Of a stretch of DNA of 33,150 nt, positions 1 to 12,149 are shown piece by piece. The position numbers were made by a program, and so were the translations under genes. The notes beneath the pieces were generated by a model, which saw nothing but the letters and a program-made list of their open reading frames with translations, made no database searches and was not told the DNA's origin. How positions within the stretch are numbered: the first letter of the stretch is position 1; each line of letters begins with the position of its first letter. This stretch comes from Nemertoderma westbladi (lineage: Eukaryota > Animalia > Xenacoelomorpha), in contig JAUCBJ010002529.1 of assembly GCA_032718475.1 (NCBI GenBank), forward strand, positions 1-33,150. Reading direction: 5' to 3'.

Positions 1-3000
1 AACCAACCTGGACTCCCTCCTCCAACCAACCTGGACTTCCTCCCCCAACCAACCTGGACTCCCTCCTCCAACCAACCTGGACTCCCTCCTCCAACCAACC
101 TGGACTCCCTCCTCCAACCAACCTGGACTCCCTCCTCCAACCAACCTGGACTCCCTCCCCCAACCAACCTGGACTCCTCCTCCAACCAACCTGGACTCCC
201 TCCTCCAACCAACCTGGACTCCCTCCTCCAACCAACCTGGACTCCCTCCTCCAACCAACCTGGACTCCCTCCTCCAACCAACCTGGACTCCCTCCTCCAA
301 CCAACCTGGACTCCCTCCCCCAACCAACCTGGACTCCCTCCCCCAACCAACCTGGACTCCCTCCTCCAACCAACCTGGACTCCCTCCTCCAACCAACCTG
401 GACTCCCTCCTCCAACCAACCTGGACTCCCTCCTCCAACCAACCTGGACTCCCTCCTCCAACCAACCTGGACTCCCTCCTCCAACCAACCTGGACTCCCT
501 CCTCCAACCAACCTGGACTCCCTCCTCCAACCAACCTGGACTCCCTCCTCCAACCAACCTGGACTCCCTCCTCCAACCAACCTGGACTCCCTCCTCCAAC
601 CAACCTGGACTCCCTCCTCCAACCAACCTGGACTCCCTCCTCCAACCAACCTGGACTCCCTCCTCCAACCAACCTGGACTCCCTCCTCCAACCAACCTGG
701 ACTCCCTCCTCCAACCAACCTGGACTCCCTCCTCCAACCAACCTGGACTCCCTCCTCCAACCAACCTGGACTCCCTCCTCCAACCAACCTGGACTCCCTC
801 CTCCAACCAACCTGGACTCCCTCCTCCAACCAACCTGGACTCCCTCCTCCAACCAACCTGGACTCCCTCCTCCAACCAACCTGGACTCCCTCCTCCAACC
901 AACCTGGACTCCCTCCTCCAACCAACCTGGACTCCCTCCTCCAACCAACCTGGACTCCCTCCTCCAACCAACCTGGACTCCCTCCTCCAACCAACCTGGA
1001 CTCCCTCCTCCAACCAACCTGGACTCCGTCCTCCAACCAACCTGGACTCCGTCCTCCAACCAACCTGGACTCTCTCCCGCAACCAACCTGGACTCCCTCC
1101 TCCAACCAACCTGGACTCCCTCCTCCAACCAACCTGGACTCCCTCCTCCAACCAACCTGGACTCCCTCCTCCAACCAACCTGGACTCCCTCCTCCAACCA
1201 ACCTGGACTCCCTCCTCCAACCAACCTGGACTCCCTCCTCCAACCAACCTGGACTCCCTCCTCCAACCAACCTGGACTCCCTCCTCCAACCAACCTGGAC
1301 TCCCTCCTCCAACCAACCTGGACTCCCTCCTCCAACCAACCTGGACTCCCTCCTCCAACCAACCTGGACTCCCTCCTCCAACCAACCTGGACTCTCTCCC
1401 GCAACCAACCTGGACTCCCTCCCCCAACCAACCTGGACTCCGTCCTCCAACCAACCTGGACTCCCTCCTCCAACCAACCTGGACTCCCTCCTCCAACCAA
1501 CCTGGACTCCCTCCTCCAACCAACCTGGACTCCCTCCTCCAACCAACCTGGACTCCCTCCTCCAACCAACCTGGACTCCCTCCTCCAACCAACCTGGACT
1601 CCCTCCCGCAACCAACCTGGACTCCGTCCTCCAACCAACCTGGACTCCCTCCTCCAACCAACCTGGACTCCCTCCCCCAACCAACCTGGACTCCCTCCCC
1701 CAACCAACCTGGACTCCGTCCTCCAACCAACCTGGACTCCCTCCTCCAACCAACCTGGACTCCCTCCTCCAACCAACCTGGACTCCCTCCTCCAACCAAC
1801 CTGGACTCCCTCCTCCAACCAACCTGGACTCCCTCCTCCAACCAACCTGGACTCCCTCCTCCAACCAACCTGGACTCCCTCCTCCAACCAACCTGGACTC
1901 CCTCCTCCAACCAACCTGGACTCCCTCCCCCAACCAACCTGGACTCCCTCCTCCAACCAACCTGGACTCCCTCCTCCAACCAACCTGGACTCCCTCCTCC
2001 AACCAACCTGGACTCCCTCCTCCAACCAACCTGGACTCCCTCCTCCAACCAACCTGGACTCCCTCCTCCAACCAACCTGGACGCCCTCCTCCAACCAACC
2101 TGGACTCCCTCCTCCAACCAACCTGGACTCCCTCCTCCAACCAACCTGGACTCCCTCCTCCAACCAACCTGGACTCCCTCCTCCAACCAACCTGGACTCC
2201 CTCCTCCAACCAACCTGGACTCCCTCCTCCAACCAACCTGGACTCCCTCCTCCAACCAACCTGGACTCCCTCCTCCAACCAACCTGGACGCCCTCCTCCA
2301 ACCAACCTGGACTCCCTCCTCCAACCAACCTGGACTCCCTCCTCCAACCAACCTGGACTCCCTCCTCCAACCAACCTGGACTCTCTCCCGCAACCAACCT
2401 GGACTCCCTCCTCCAACCAACCTGGACTCCCTCCTCCAACCAACCTGGACTCCCTCCTCCAACCAACCTGGACTCCCTCCTCCAACCAACCTGGACTCCC
2501 TCCTCCAACCAACCTGGACTCCCTCCTCCAACCAACCTGGACTCCCTCCTCCAACCAACCTGGACTCCCTCCTCCAACCAACCTGGACTCCCTCCTCCAA
2601 CCAACCTGGACTCCCTCCTCCAACCAACCTGGACTCCCTCCTCCAACCAACCTGGACTCCCTCCTCCAACCAACCTGGACTCCCTCCTCCAACCAACCTG
2701 GACTCCCTCCTCCAACCAACCTGGACTCCCTCCTCCAACCAACCTGGACTCCGTCCTCCAACCAACCTGGACGCCCTCCTCCAACCAACCTGGACTCCCT
2801 CCTCCAACCAACCTGGACGCCCTCCTCCAACCAACCTGGACTCCCTCCTCCAACCAACCTGGACTCTCTCCCGCAACCAACCTGGACTCCCTCCCGCAAC
2901 CAACCTGGACTCCGTCCTCCAACCAACCTGGACTCCCTCCTCCAACCAACCTAGGACTCCCTCCCCCAACCAACCTGGACTCCCTCCCCCAACCAACCTG

Positions 3001-6000
3001 GACTCCGTCCTCCAACCAACCTGGACTCCTTCCTCCAACCAACCTGGACTCCCTCCCCCAACCAACCTGGACTCCCTCCCCCAACCAACCTGGACTCCGT
3101 CCTCCAACCAACCTGGACGCCCTCCTCCAACCAACCTGGACTCCTCCTCCAACCAACCTGGACTCTCTCCCGCAACCAACCTGGACTCCCTCCTCCAACC
3201 AACCTGGACTCCGTCCTCCAACCAACCTGGACTCCTTCCTCCAACCAACCTGGACTCTCTCCCGCAACCAACCTGGACTCCCTCCCGCAACCAACCTGGA
3301 CTCCCTCCTCCAACCAACCAGGACTCCCTCCCCCAACCAACCTGGACTCCCTCCCCCAACCAACCTGGACTCCTTCCTCCAACCAACCTGGACTCCTTCC
3401 CCCAAACAACCTGGACTTCCTCCTCCAACCAACCTGGACTCTCTCCCGCAACCAACCTGGACTCCGTCCTCCAACCAACCTGGACTCCTTCCTCCAACCA
3501 ACCTGGACTCTCTCCCGCAACCAACCTGGACTCCGTCCTCCAACCAACCTGGACTCCTTCCTCCAACCAACCTGGACTCTCTCCCGCAACCAACCTGGAC
3601 TCCCTCCCGCAACCAACCTGGACTCCGTCCTCCAACCAACCTGGACTCCGTCCTCCAACCAACCTGGACTCTCTCCCGCAACCAACCTGGACTCCTTCCT
3701 CCAACCAACCTGGACTCCTTCCTCCAACCAACCTGGACTCCCTCCTCCAACCAACCTGGACTCCTTCCTCCAACCAACCTGGACTCTTTCCTCCAACCAA
3801 CCTGGACTCCCTCCCCCAAACAACCTGGACTCCGTCCTCCAACCAACCTGGACTCCTTCCTCCAACCAACCTGGACTCTCTCCCGCAACCAACCTGGACT
3901 CCGTCCTCCAACCAACCTGGACTCCTTCCTCCAACCAACCTGGACTCTCTCCCGCAACCAACCTGGACTCCGTCCTCCAACCAACCTGGACTCCTTCCTC
4001 CAACCAACCTGGACTCTCTCCCGCAACCAACCTGGACTCCCTCCCGCAACCAACCTGGACTCCGTCTTCCAACCAACCTGGACTCCCTCCTCCAACCAAC
4101 CAGGACTCCCTCCCCCAACCAACCTGGACTCCCTCCCCCAACCAACCTGGACGCCCTCCTCCAGCCAACCTGGACTCCCTCCTCCAACCAACCTGGACTC
4201 CCTCCTCCAACCAACCTGGACTCCCTCCTCCAAACAACCTGGACTCCCTCCTCCAACCAACCTGGACTCCCTCCTCCAACCAACCTGGACTCCATCCTCC
4301 AACCAACCTGGACTCCCTCCTCCAACCAACCTGGACTCTCTCCCGCAACCAACCTGGACGCCCTCCTCCAACCAACCTGGACGCCCTCCTCCAACCAACC
4401 TGGACTCCCTCCTCCAACCAACCTGGACGCCCTCCTCCAACCAACCTGGACTCCCTCCTCCAACCAACCTGGACTCTCTCCCGCAACCAACCTGGACTCC
4501 GTCCTCCAACCAACCTGGACGCCCTCCTCCAACCAACCTGGACTCCCTCCTCCAACCAACCTGGACGCCCTCCTCCAACCAACCTGGACTCCCTCCTCCA
4601 AACAACCTGGACTCCCTCCTCCAACCAACCTGGACTCCCTCCTCCAACCAACCTGGACTCCATCCTCCAACCAACCTGGACTCCCTCCTCCAACCAACCT
4701 GGACTCTCTCCCGCAACCAACCTGGACGCCCTCCTCCAACCAACCTGGACTCCCTCCTCCAACCAACCTGGACGCCCTCCTCCAACCAACCTGGACTCCC
4801 TCCTCCAACCAACCTGGACTCCCTCCTCCAACCAACCTGGACTCTCTCCCGCAACCAACCTGGACTCCCTCCTCCAACCAACCTGGACGCCCTCCTCCAA
4901 CCAACCTGGACTCCCTCCTCCAAACAACCTGGACTCCCTCCTCCAACCAACCTGGACTCCCTCCTCCAACCAACCTGGACTCCATCCTCCAACCAACCTG
5001 GACTCCCTCCTCCAACCAACCTGGACTCTCTCCCGCAACCAACCTGGACGCCCTCCTCCAACCAACCTGGACTCCCTCCTCCAACCAACCTGGACGCCCT
5101 CCTCCAACCAATCTGGACGCCCTCCTCCAACCAACCTGGACTCTCTCCCGCAACCAACCTGGACTCCCTCCTCCAACCAACCTGGACTCCCTCCTCCAAC
5201 CAATCTGGACTCCCTCCTCCAACCAACCTGGACTCCTTCCCCCAACCAACCTGGACGCCCTCCTCCAACCAACCTGGACTCCCTCCCCCAACCAACCTGG
5301 ACGCCCTCCTCCAACCAACCTGGACTCCCTCCTCCAAACAACCTGGACTCCCTCCTCCAACCAACCTGGACTCCCTCCTCCAACCAACCTGGACTCCCTC
5401 CTCCAACCAACCTGGACGCCCTCCTCCAACCAACCTGGACTCCCTCCTCCAACCAACCTGGACTCTCTCCCCCAACCAATCTGGACTCCCTCCTCCAACC
5501 AACCTGGACTCCTTCCCCCAACCAACCTGGACGCCCTCCTCCAACCAACCTGGACTCCCTCCTCCAACCAACCTGGACTCCCTCCTCCAACCAACCTGGA
5601 CTCCCTCCTCCAACCAACCTGGACTCCCTCCTCCAACCAACCTGGACTCCCTCCTCCAACCAACCTGGACGCCCTCCTCCAACCAACCTGGACTCCCTCC
5701 TCCAACCAACCTGGACTCTCTCCCCCAACCAATCTGGACTCCCTCCTCCAACCAACCTGGACTCCTTCCCCCAACCAACCTGGACTCCCTCCTCCAACCA
5801 ACCTGGACTCCCTCCTCCAACCAACCTGGACGCCCTCCTCCAACCAACCTGGACTCCCTCCTCCAACCAACCTGGACTCTCTCCCCCAACCAATCTGGAC
5901 TCCCTCCTCCAACCAACCTGGACTCCCTCCTCCAACCAACCTGGACGCCCTCCTCCAACCAACCTGGACGCCCTCCTCCAACCAACCTGGACTCCCTCCT

Positions 6001-6375
6001 CCAACCAACCTGGACTCTCTCCCCCAACCAATCTGGACTCCCTCCTACAACCAACCTGGACTCCTTCCACCAACCAACCTGGACGCCCTCCTCCAACCAA
6101 CCTGGACTCCCTCCTCCAACCAACCTGGACGCCCTCCTCCAACCAACCTGGACTCCCTCCTCCAACCAACCTGGACTCCCTCCTCCAACCAACCTGGACT
6201 CCCTCCTCCAACCAACCTGGACGCCCTCCTCCAACCAACCTGGACTCCCTCCTCCAACCAACCTGGACTCTCTCCCCCAACCAACCTGGACTCCTTCCTC
6301 CAACCAACCTGGACTCCCTCCTCCAACCAACCTGGAGTCCCTCCTCCAACCAACCTGGACTCCATCCTCCAACCA
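1..6375. repeat. 23-bp tandem array (about 275 copies, runs off the window start); unit AACCAACCTGGACTCCCTCCTCC
   Basis: Period 23 read directly (unit starts at 1, 24, 47...). On the minus strand the unit is TGGTTGGAGGAGGGAGTCCAG-GT, matching the last 21 nt of exon 6355-6610 plus its GT. Confidence 0.98.
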
Positions 6376-6610
6376 CTGCACTACCATTGACCCGTTCCAT
6401 TCCCCCTTGATCTCAGCGAACATCGATCTGTTTCCAGACCTTGGGGAGGAGTCGGGGGGACCGAAACATTTACAGGTTATCTGATGTCGCTTCCCGCCTA
6501 TGTCCCAGAAGGACTTGGTGTGGAAGACAACCTCCGCATTGTAGCCAGTACGATCGCAAGTTATGTAACATTTACCGCCCATCTCAAACCACGGCACAGA
6601 AATGATATTC
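6355..6610 (-). CDS. OSBPL9: OSBPL9/ORP9 internal coding exon (ORD domain)
   Basis: Acceptor ttttctttag at 6611-6620. Translates (R)NIISVPWFEMGGKCYITCDRTGYNAEVVFHTKSFWDIGGKRHQITCKCFGPPDSSPRSGNRSMFAEIKGEWNGSMVVQWLEDGVQ, matching the ORP9 'RSILTVPWVELGG...GEWNG' segment. Phase 2 start fits the preceding exon. The donor CAG|GTTGGT at 6355/6354 is the first of many identical candidates, so the 3' boundary is inferred. Confidence 0.9.
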
Positions 6611-7585
6611 CTAAAGAAAATTTCAATGGAGTTAATATCCTAAAGAATTGTTGGGTTGTTCTCACAAAAAGTGGCCAAACTTTTATGTCAAAATGTCCAT
6701 GGATTCGCACGGTTATATTTCCAAACGACACAGATTTAACCCCATGAACCTATATACCAATCGGAAGAGCGGAAATCTGCTCATATTTCAGCAAATTTTC
6801 AACAGATTCCATTCACAACCTAGAGAATGACACCATTTCAAATATCGAAAATGCATGTTTTTTGAAATGTCACATTGAATTATTTTGAAATATTTGGCTT
6901 CTGAGCTAAAGTAATGAAAGCAAAGGTTCCACATACCATACATCAAAATAAAGCCAATTTAATGCTCTTTCACATACTATTGGTGGTTTTCAACCGAAGC
7001 TACTCACATTTTATATATTTAATATTTACTAACAATTAATTACTCCGTCACTAGGATTTTGTCCACCATGTAACGCTCGTTTTTATGACATGGTTTTTTT
7101 ATATTTATTCACAACATCTCCAAGTGAGATATTTCTAAACGGCGATTTATTTAGCTATCAGCAGGTAAAAAAATTACAAGAATTCGTTCATTAGAACTCA
7201 AGCGTTGTGCGAAAACGTAAATCTACATAAAATACCGTCATTAGGAATGTCCTCAATGTAACGCTACTTTGAATAGCGATAACTTTTGCTTTATTAATCA
7301 TATCGACACCATTGAGGGCTCATATGAAAGAGCAATCGCAGATCTATCGAATCACATATTTGATTTTAATATAGTTTCAAAACAGACTATAGTCAACGCC
7401 ATGCTAATGAAAAATGTCTTCAATGTCCATCATGTAACGCATGTAACGCTGTCACAATCAATAGCGTTACACTTGAGACATGTCCATCATGTAACGTAGT
7501 TGGGCCTGAACATACCTAGCAGTACGAGTGGCGTTTCTTTTTACAAATTAGGCAGTCAGGGTCAAATTAACAATAGTCGATGGTT

Positions 7586-7638
7586 TCTGGTTTTCAGTAT
7601 TTAGTATAAACAGTTTATACTAAATACTGAAAACCAGA
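7586..7638. repeat. Perfect 53-bp palindrome (26-bp arms, 1-nt centre)
   Basis: TCTGGTTTTCAGTATTTAGTATAAAC-A-GTTTATACTAAATACTGAAAACCAGA. Confidence 0.95.
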
Positions 7639-7781
7639 CAGTATACTGTAGTAGTCTCATGAGTTTGTTTACCTTTCTTTATTTCGGTTCTAAAACAGTA
7701 CTTCTTAATCGTCATGCAATTACAATTGTCAAACGGAATTAAGCGTGTTGTGTCCGGTAAGAACTTCTCGATTGAATTTAT

Positions 7782-8350
7782 AGTGATGGTGTTACACGTG
7801 AAAGACATAAAGATTAAGTTAGTGATGGGATGGCGTTACACGTGAAGGACTTAGAGATTAAGTTAGTGATGGCGTTACACGTGAAGGACTTAGAGATTAA
7901 GTTAGTGATGGCGTTACACGTGAAGGACATAGAGATTAAGTTAGTGATGGGATGGCGTTACACGTGAAGGACTTAGAGATTAAGTTAGTGATGGCGTTAC
8001 ACGTGGAGGACTTAGAGATTAAGTTAGTGATGGCGTTACACGTGAAGGACTTAGAGATTACGTTAGTGATGGCGTTACACGTGAAGGACTTCGAGATTAA
8101 GTTAGTGATGGCGTTACACGTGAAGGACTTAGTTACACGTGAAGGACTTAGAGATTAAGTTAGTGATGGGATGGCGTTACACGTGAAGGACTTAGAGATT
8201 AAGTTAGTGATGGCGTTACACGTGAAGGACTTAGAGATTAAGTTAGTGATGGCGTTACACGTGGAGGACTTAGAGATTAAGTTAGTGATGGCGTTACACG
8301 TGAAGGACTTAGTTACACGTGAAGGACTTAGAGATTACGTTAGTGATGGT
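7782..8350. repeat. 39-bp tandem array (about 14 copies) inside the Sola2-like element
   Basis: Unit GATGGCGTTACACGTGAAGGACTTAGAGATTAAGTTAGT; explains the MALHVKDLEIKLV repeat ORFs. Confidence 0.95.
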
Positions 8351-8910
8351 TTTAAGGATTCCGTTAACTATTTTGTACAATTATTGTTACAATAGTATGT
8401 ATATATTCATATTGTATGTATACAATAATACAAACTAAATAATTTGCTGATTTGAAAAATATTATTTTCAGCCATTGGGTCGATAAATAAATCCGTAAAT
8501 GACATTAAAGTGACTGTTGAATTTCTGATATATATTTTAAATGTGAAATCCTGGATACTGATTGGCTAACAAGTAGCGTTACATTCGAGACAACGAGTTA
8601 GATTGTGGGCGTTTTGTGAAATGAAGGCTGCTGATTGGCTAACAAGTAGCGTTACACCAGGGACAAAATGTTACATTGTGGACATTAGTTTTTCGCGAAT
8701 AAAACCTTACGACTTTACTAAATAAACGGCCCACTAGTGTATTCGAAATCGCCTCATCGAGTGCTCTCGAAATATTATATATTTATATGGTTTTGACAAA
8801 AAAAAATTTGACAATTTTTTTCTCAAAATTTTGGCCACTTTTTGTGAGAACAACCCTGTTGAACATTCAATTTCACTACTTATGTGTCAAAGTAAACATA
8901 TTTCCGTATT

Positions 8911-8968
8911 GGTGAAAAATATCGACACTAGAGCAATATCGCGAGAAAAAATATCGAGAGTAAAAAAT
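8911..8968 (+). mobile_element. Degenerate left-end fragment of the foldback family seen at 25884-26913
   Basis: GGTGAAAAATATCGACACTAGAGCAATATCGCGAGAAAAAATATCGAGAGTAAAAAATAA resembles GGTGAAAAATATTGAGACTTGAAAAATATCGAG...AGTAAAAATAA at 25890. Confidence 0.5.
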
Positions 8969-8988
8969 AAAAAACCAAGTATGTATTT

Positions 8989-10040
8989 GTAACCCGACAC
9001 ATAGAAAGGGGTCAAGTGACAAAAAAAATTTTTTTTAACTTTTTGTTGGTTTCATCAGAATTTCACATTGAAAACAACCATTTGTTAACATCTCTCTTTG
9101 TTTTTGAGTTATTGTCGATTTAGAAAGATAAGGTTCAGAGATAATTTCATAGCAACATTCTGAGAAAATTCGATTTAAAATTTTCAAACCTTCCCGCCAT
9201 TTTCAGTGGAGTGATTTTTAAACATCATTTTGAACATCTCTGATGGATAATATTCAATAACATCAACATAATTATAGTCACTGTTACTTTAAACCGGCAA
9301 AACTGTAGCAAAAACTTTAAATGTTCATATGATTTAATTACGTGAACGAAATACGCAATTTTGGGATTGTTTTGTAGCTCTTGATAAATTCCACACAACA
9401 TACTTTATTTATAACAATTGGCAATAACTATTAATCGTATATTCAATTGTATTTTTGCTGTTTATGTAGATCCAGTGTAGATCTCTGGCGCAACTTTAGA
9501 CGTACGTTTTTAGTACGCAGATCCAGAGATACCCAAGGAAGACATGTTTTAGTTTTTTTATATTTTGATTTTTGAAGAGACAATATGTGAGACAATATGA
9601 AAACTAGGTGTAGGATATAAACACTACTTAAATACCGGTATTTATTTCGTCACTGGAAACATGGGGTTTGAAAATATGGGCTTTCTCAAAAAATATTGCC
9701 GAACTTTGAAGGTTCGCTGTTACTTGTAAATTAGGTCTACTGGAACAATTACGAGCCGATTTGAAGATAATTTTATGTGCTTTCTATATAACCAATTCAT
9801 TGCCAAGAATGTAACACCAACTCCGAAAAAAACATAAAAACAAAAAACAAAAACATAAAAAACATAAATCATAGTCAGACAGACAGACAATTTAAGTGTT
9901 CGAATTTTGGATTTTCGGAATTTTGATCTGAAAACAAAAAAAAATATGAATTTATATTTGTTTTCTAATATTTTTTCATATTTGAAATTTCTGGTAAATG
10001 AGATTATTTGAAGTTAACCCCTTTCTATGTGTCGGGTCAC
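8989..10040. mobile_element. Non-autonomous DNA transposon, Sola1-like (1.05 kb)
   Basis: 24-bp TIR GTRACCCGACACATAGAAAGGGGT (1 mismatch). Flanks ATTT (8985-8988) and ACTT (10041-10044) look like an AWWT-type 4-bp TSD with one mismatch. A TGT...ACA (Ginger-type) reading is possible but gives a worse TSD. Confidence 0.7.
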
Positions 10041-10399
10041 ACTTTCAGTGTAGAGTTTTCGTTGGTACACTGAAAAAAGTATCTGCCTGTTTTTTTTAAA
10101 ACATCCACTTCCGATATAAAACGAGCTGTTCGTAATTTTATAAGTGCCACTTATTTTTTTCATCCACTTAAATAAAAAAAATAAAATAGAAAAATTTTGA
10201 TTTCTGAAAAAGTGCCTGTTATATATTTAAAGTTGATGTTATAATATTCTGACGCATGATGAATGAAGTGGCAGTTATGATTTAAACTAGCTGTTTAAAT
10301 GGAAGCGGCACTTTTTTTGATAAGTGATACTTATATGTTTCAAATTCATGCTTATTTAATAAAAATAAAGTGACTGTTTATATTTGTAAACTGGGCCTT

Positions 10400-11070
10400 T
10401 AAAAAATAAACTATACTTTGTCAAATAAGTAGCACTTTTGGAGGTTTGAGATTGGAAACTGCCACTTTATTTTTATTCAACTTAACTGCCAGTTTAGTAA
10501 GAAAATCGCCAATTTTAAATAAGAAGATGCACTTTTGTTAGAAGTGGCAGTGAAATACGTCAAAGTCCTGCTTATTCAAATTTAAGGAAAAACAGTTGGT
10601 TTTTAAACCGTGCCTTTAAAAACATACTCCTTTTGGTAAATAAGTAGCAATTCTTAAATTAATTTTGGGTTTTAAATGAGAAAGTGGCATTTTATTTCAT
10701 TGAGTGGCATTTTATTTCTTTGAGTGGCATTTTATTTCTTTGAGTGGCATTTTGGCAAGAGAATTGCCATTTATAAATAAGAAGAGGCACTTTTACTAGA
10801 CGTGATAGTGAAATTAAAAAATAAACTATACTTTGTCAAATAAGTACCACTTTTGGAGGTTTGAGATTGGAAACTGCCACTTTATTTTTATTGGAGGTTT
10901 GAGATTGGAAACTGCCACTTTATTTTTATTGGAGGTTTGAGATTGGAAACTGCCACTTTATTTTTATTCAACTTAACTGCCAGTTTAGTAAGAAAATCGC
11001 CAATTTTAAATAAGAAGATGCACTTTTGTTAGAAGTGGCAGTTAAATACATGTCCTGCTTATTCAAATTT
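10400..11070. repeat. Internal direct duplications in the left arm of the CACTG element (~150-bp block twice, 38-bp unit three times, 20-bp unit three times)
   Basis: Block AAAAAATAAACTATACTTTGTC...AGAAGTGGCAG at ~10400 and ~10816. TTGGAGGTTTGAGATTGGAAACTGCCACTTTATTTTTA x3 at ~10853-10966. TTGAGTGGCATTTTATTTC repeats at ~10683-10753. Confidence 0.85.
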
Positions 11071-11939
11071 AGAGACAGGGGGAAACTGGACGCAAATTCC
11101 ATCTTGGCGAATTGATATATTGAGTGTCATTTTGGCAAAAGAAATGCCATTTATAAATAAGAAGAGGTACTTTTACTAGAAGTGACAGTGAAATACATCA
11201 AAGTCATTCTTATTAATAAAAAAAACACACACATATTTTGGTAAATGTATTTCTTATGTATGTATCTGTCTTAGATTAATATTGGGTTTGATATGGAAAG
11301 CGGAATTTTATTTCTTTGATTGGCTTCTTGTGAATAAATGGCCAATAAACAGTAAATTTATTATTTCGATTTAATATTTCTATTAATATGGGAAATGATT
11401 TAAAAACGGCCACTTTATTTATATAAAAATGAGTTTGTTTACAAAAAACAACTTCAACAAATATTAGCCTTAATAGCGCCCTTATTTTGCCCATATATGG
11501 TAGGATCATAATTCTTCATTTTGATTGGTTGGTTGGTCCTTAAAGAGAGAGCCTTCTGCCCAGTCAGTTAATAGCTTACCGGTAGTGTATAAGGCAGGAA
11601 AGGCCTGTATGAGGTGACAGTACTGCATCACACACAGTACAGCAGTACCGGTAATACACTGTAATATGGTACAGTTATCAGAGGCAATACTGCAATAGGC
11701 TATCGGTACCGGACCATCTTGCATACAGCACAGCATACGGAGGGGATCTACTATCTATACACCCCCACCAACCCTAATACTGTCATATGATAGTGTCTGA
11801 CAGTATCAGAGTGTACTGGTCTGCCCGCTGTCGCCTGCAGGTACGATTGTATGTGTACACACCTGTAACAGTGCAACAGTAACATGCATGCCCATTACAG
11901 CATTACTGCATTAGAGGCCTACATCATTACTCTACAGCT

Positions 11940-12113
11940 CGAGGACTAGGCCTACTCTACGCACCGTACTGTCAGACTGTAGTTGTAGTACCAGTATGCA
12001 GTAGGGCAGTTAGGCTGTGAGTGCAGCGAGGACTAGGCCTACTCTACACACCGTACTGTCAGACTGTAGTTGTAGTACCAGTATGCAGTAGGGCAGTTAG
12101 GCTGTGAGTGCAG
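11940..12113. repeat. 87-bp direct repeat, two copies, just upstream of the PWWP ORF
   Basis: CGAGGACTAGGCCTACTCTAC...GCTGTGAGTGCAG at 11940 and 12027, one mismatch. Confidence 0.95.
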
Positions 12114-12149
12114 TAAGGCAGTAAGGTGGAAGTTAGGAAGTTCATTCAT

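Larger units (their letters stand above)
6653..8856. mobile_element. Non-autonomous DNA transposon, Sola2-like (2.2 kb)
   Basis: Perfect 27-bp TIR GGGTTGTTCTCACAAAAAGTGGCCAAA and 4-bp TSD TGTT (6649-6652, 8857-8860). GRG termini with a 4-bp TSD fit Sola2. No transposase ORF seen. Confidence 0.85.

Noticed and set aside
1-6375. C-rich array at the window edge as a telomeric repeat
   Set aside because: The unit derives from the adjacent exon end, and the gene's remaining 3' exons must lie beyond it.
2951-6400. 1149-aa and 106-aa minus-strand ORFs
   Set aside because: Translations of the stop-free 23-bp repeat in the two frames that are not the OSBPL9 exon frame.
6484-6830. Plus-strand 87-aa and 60-aa ORFs
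   Set aside because: Antisense to the real exon and running across a transposon boundary; no recognisable motif.
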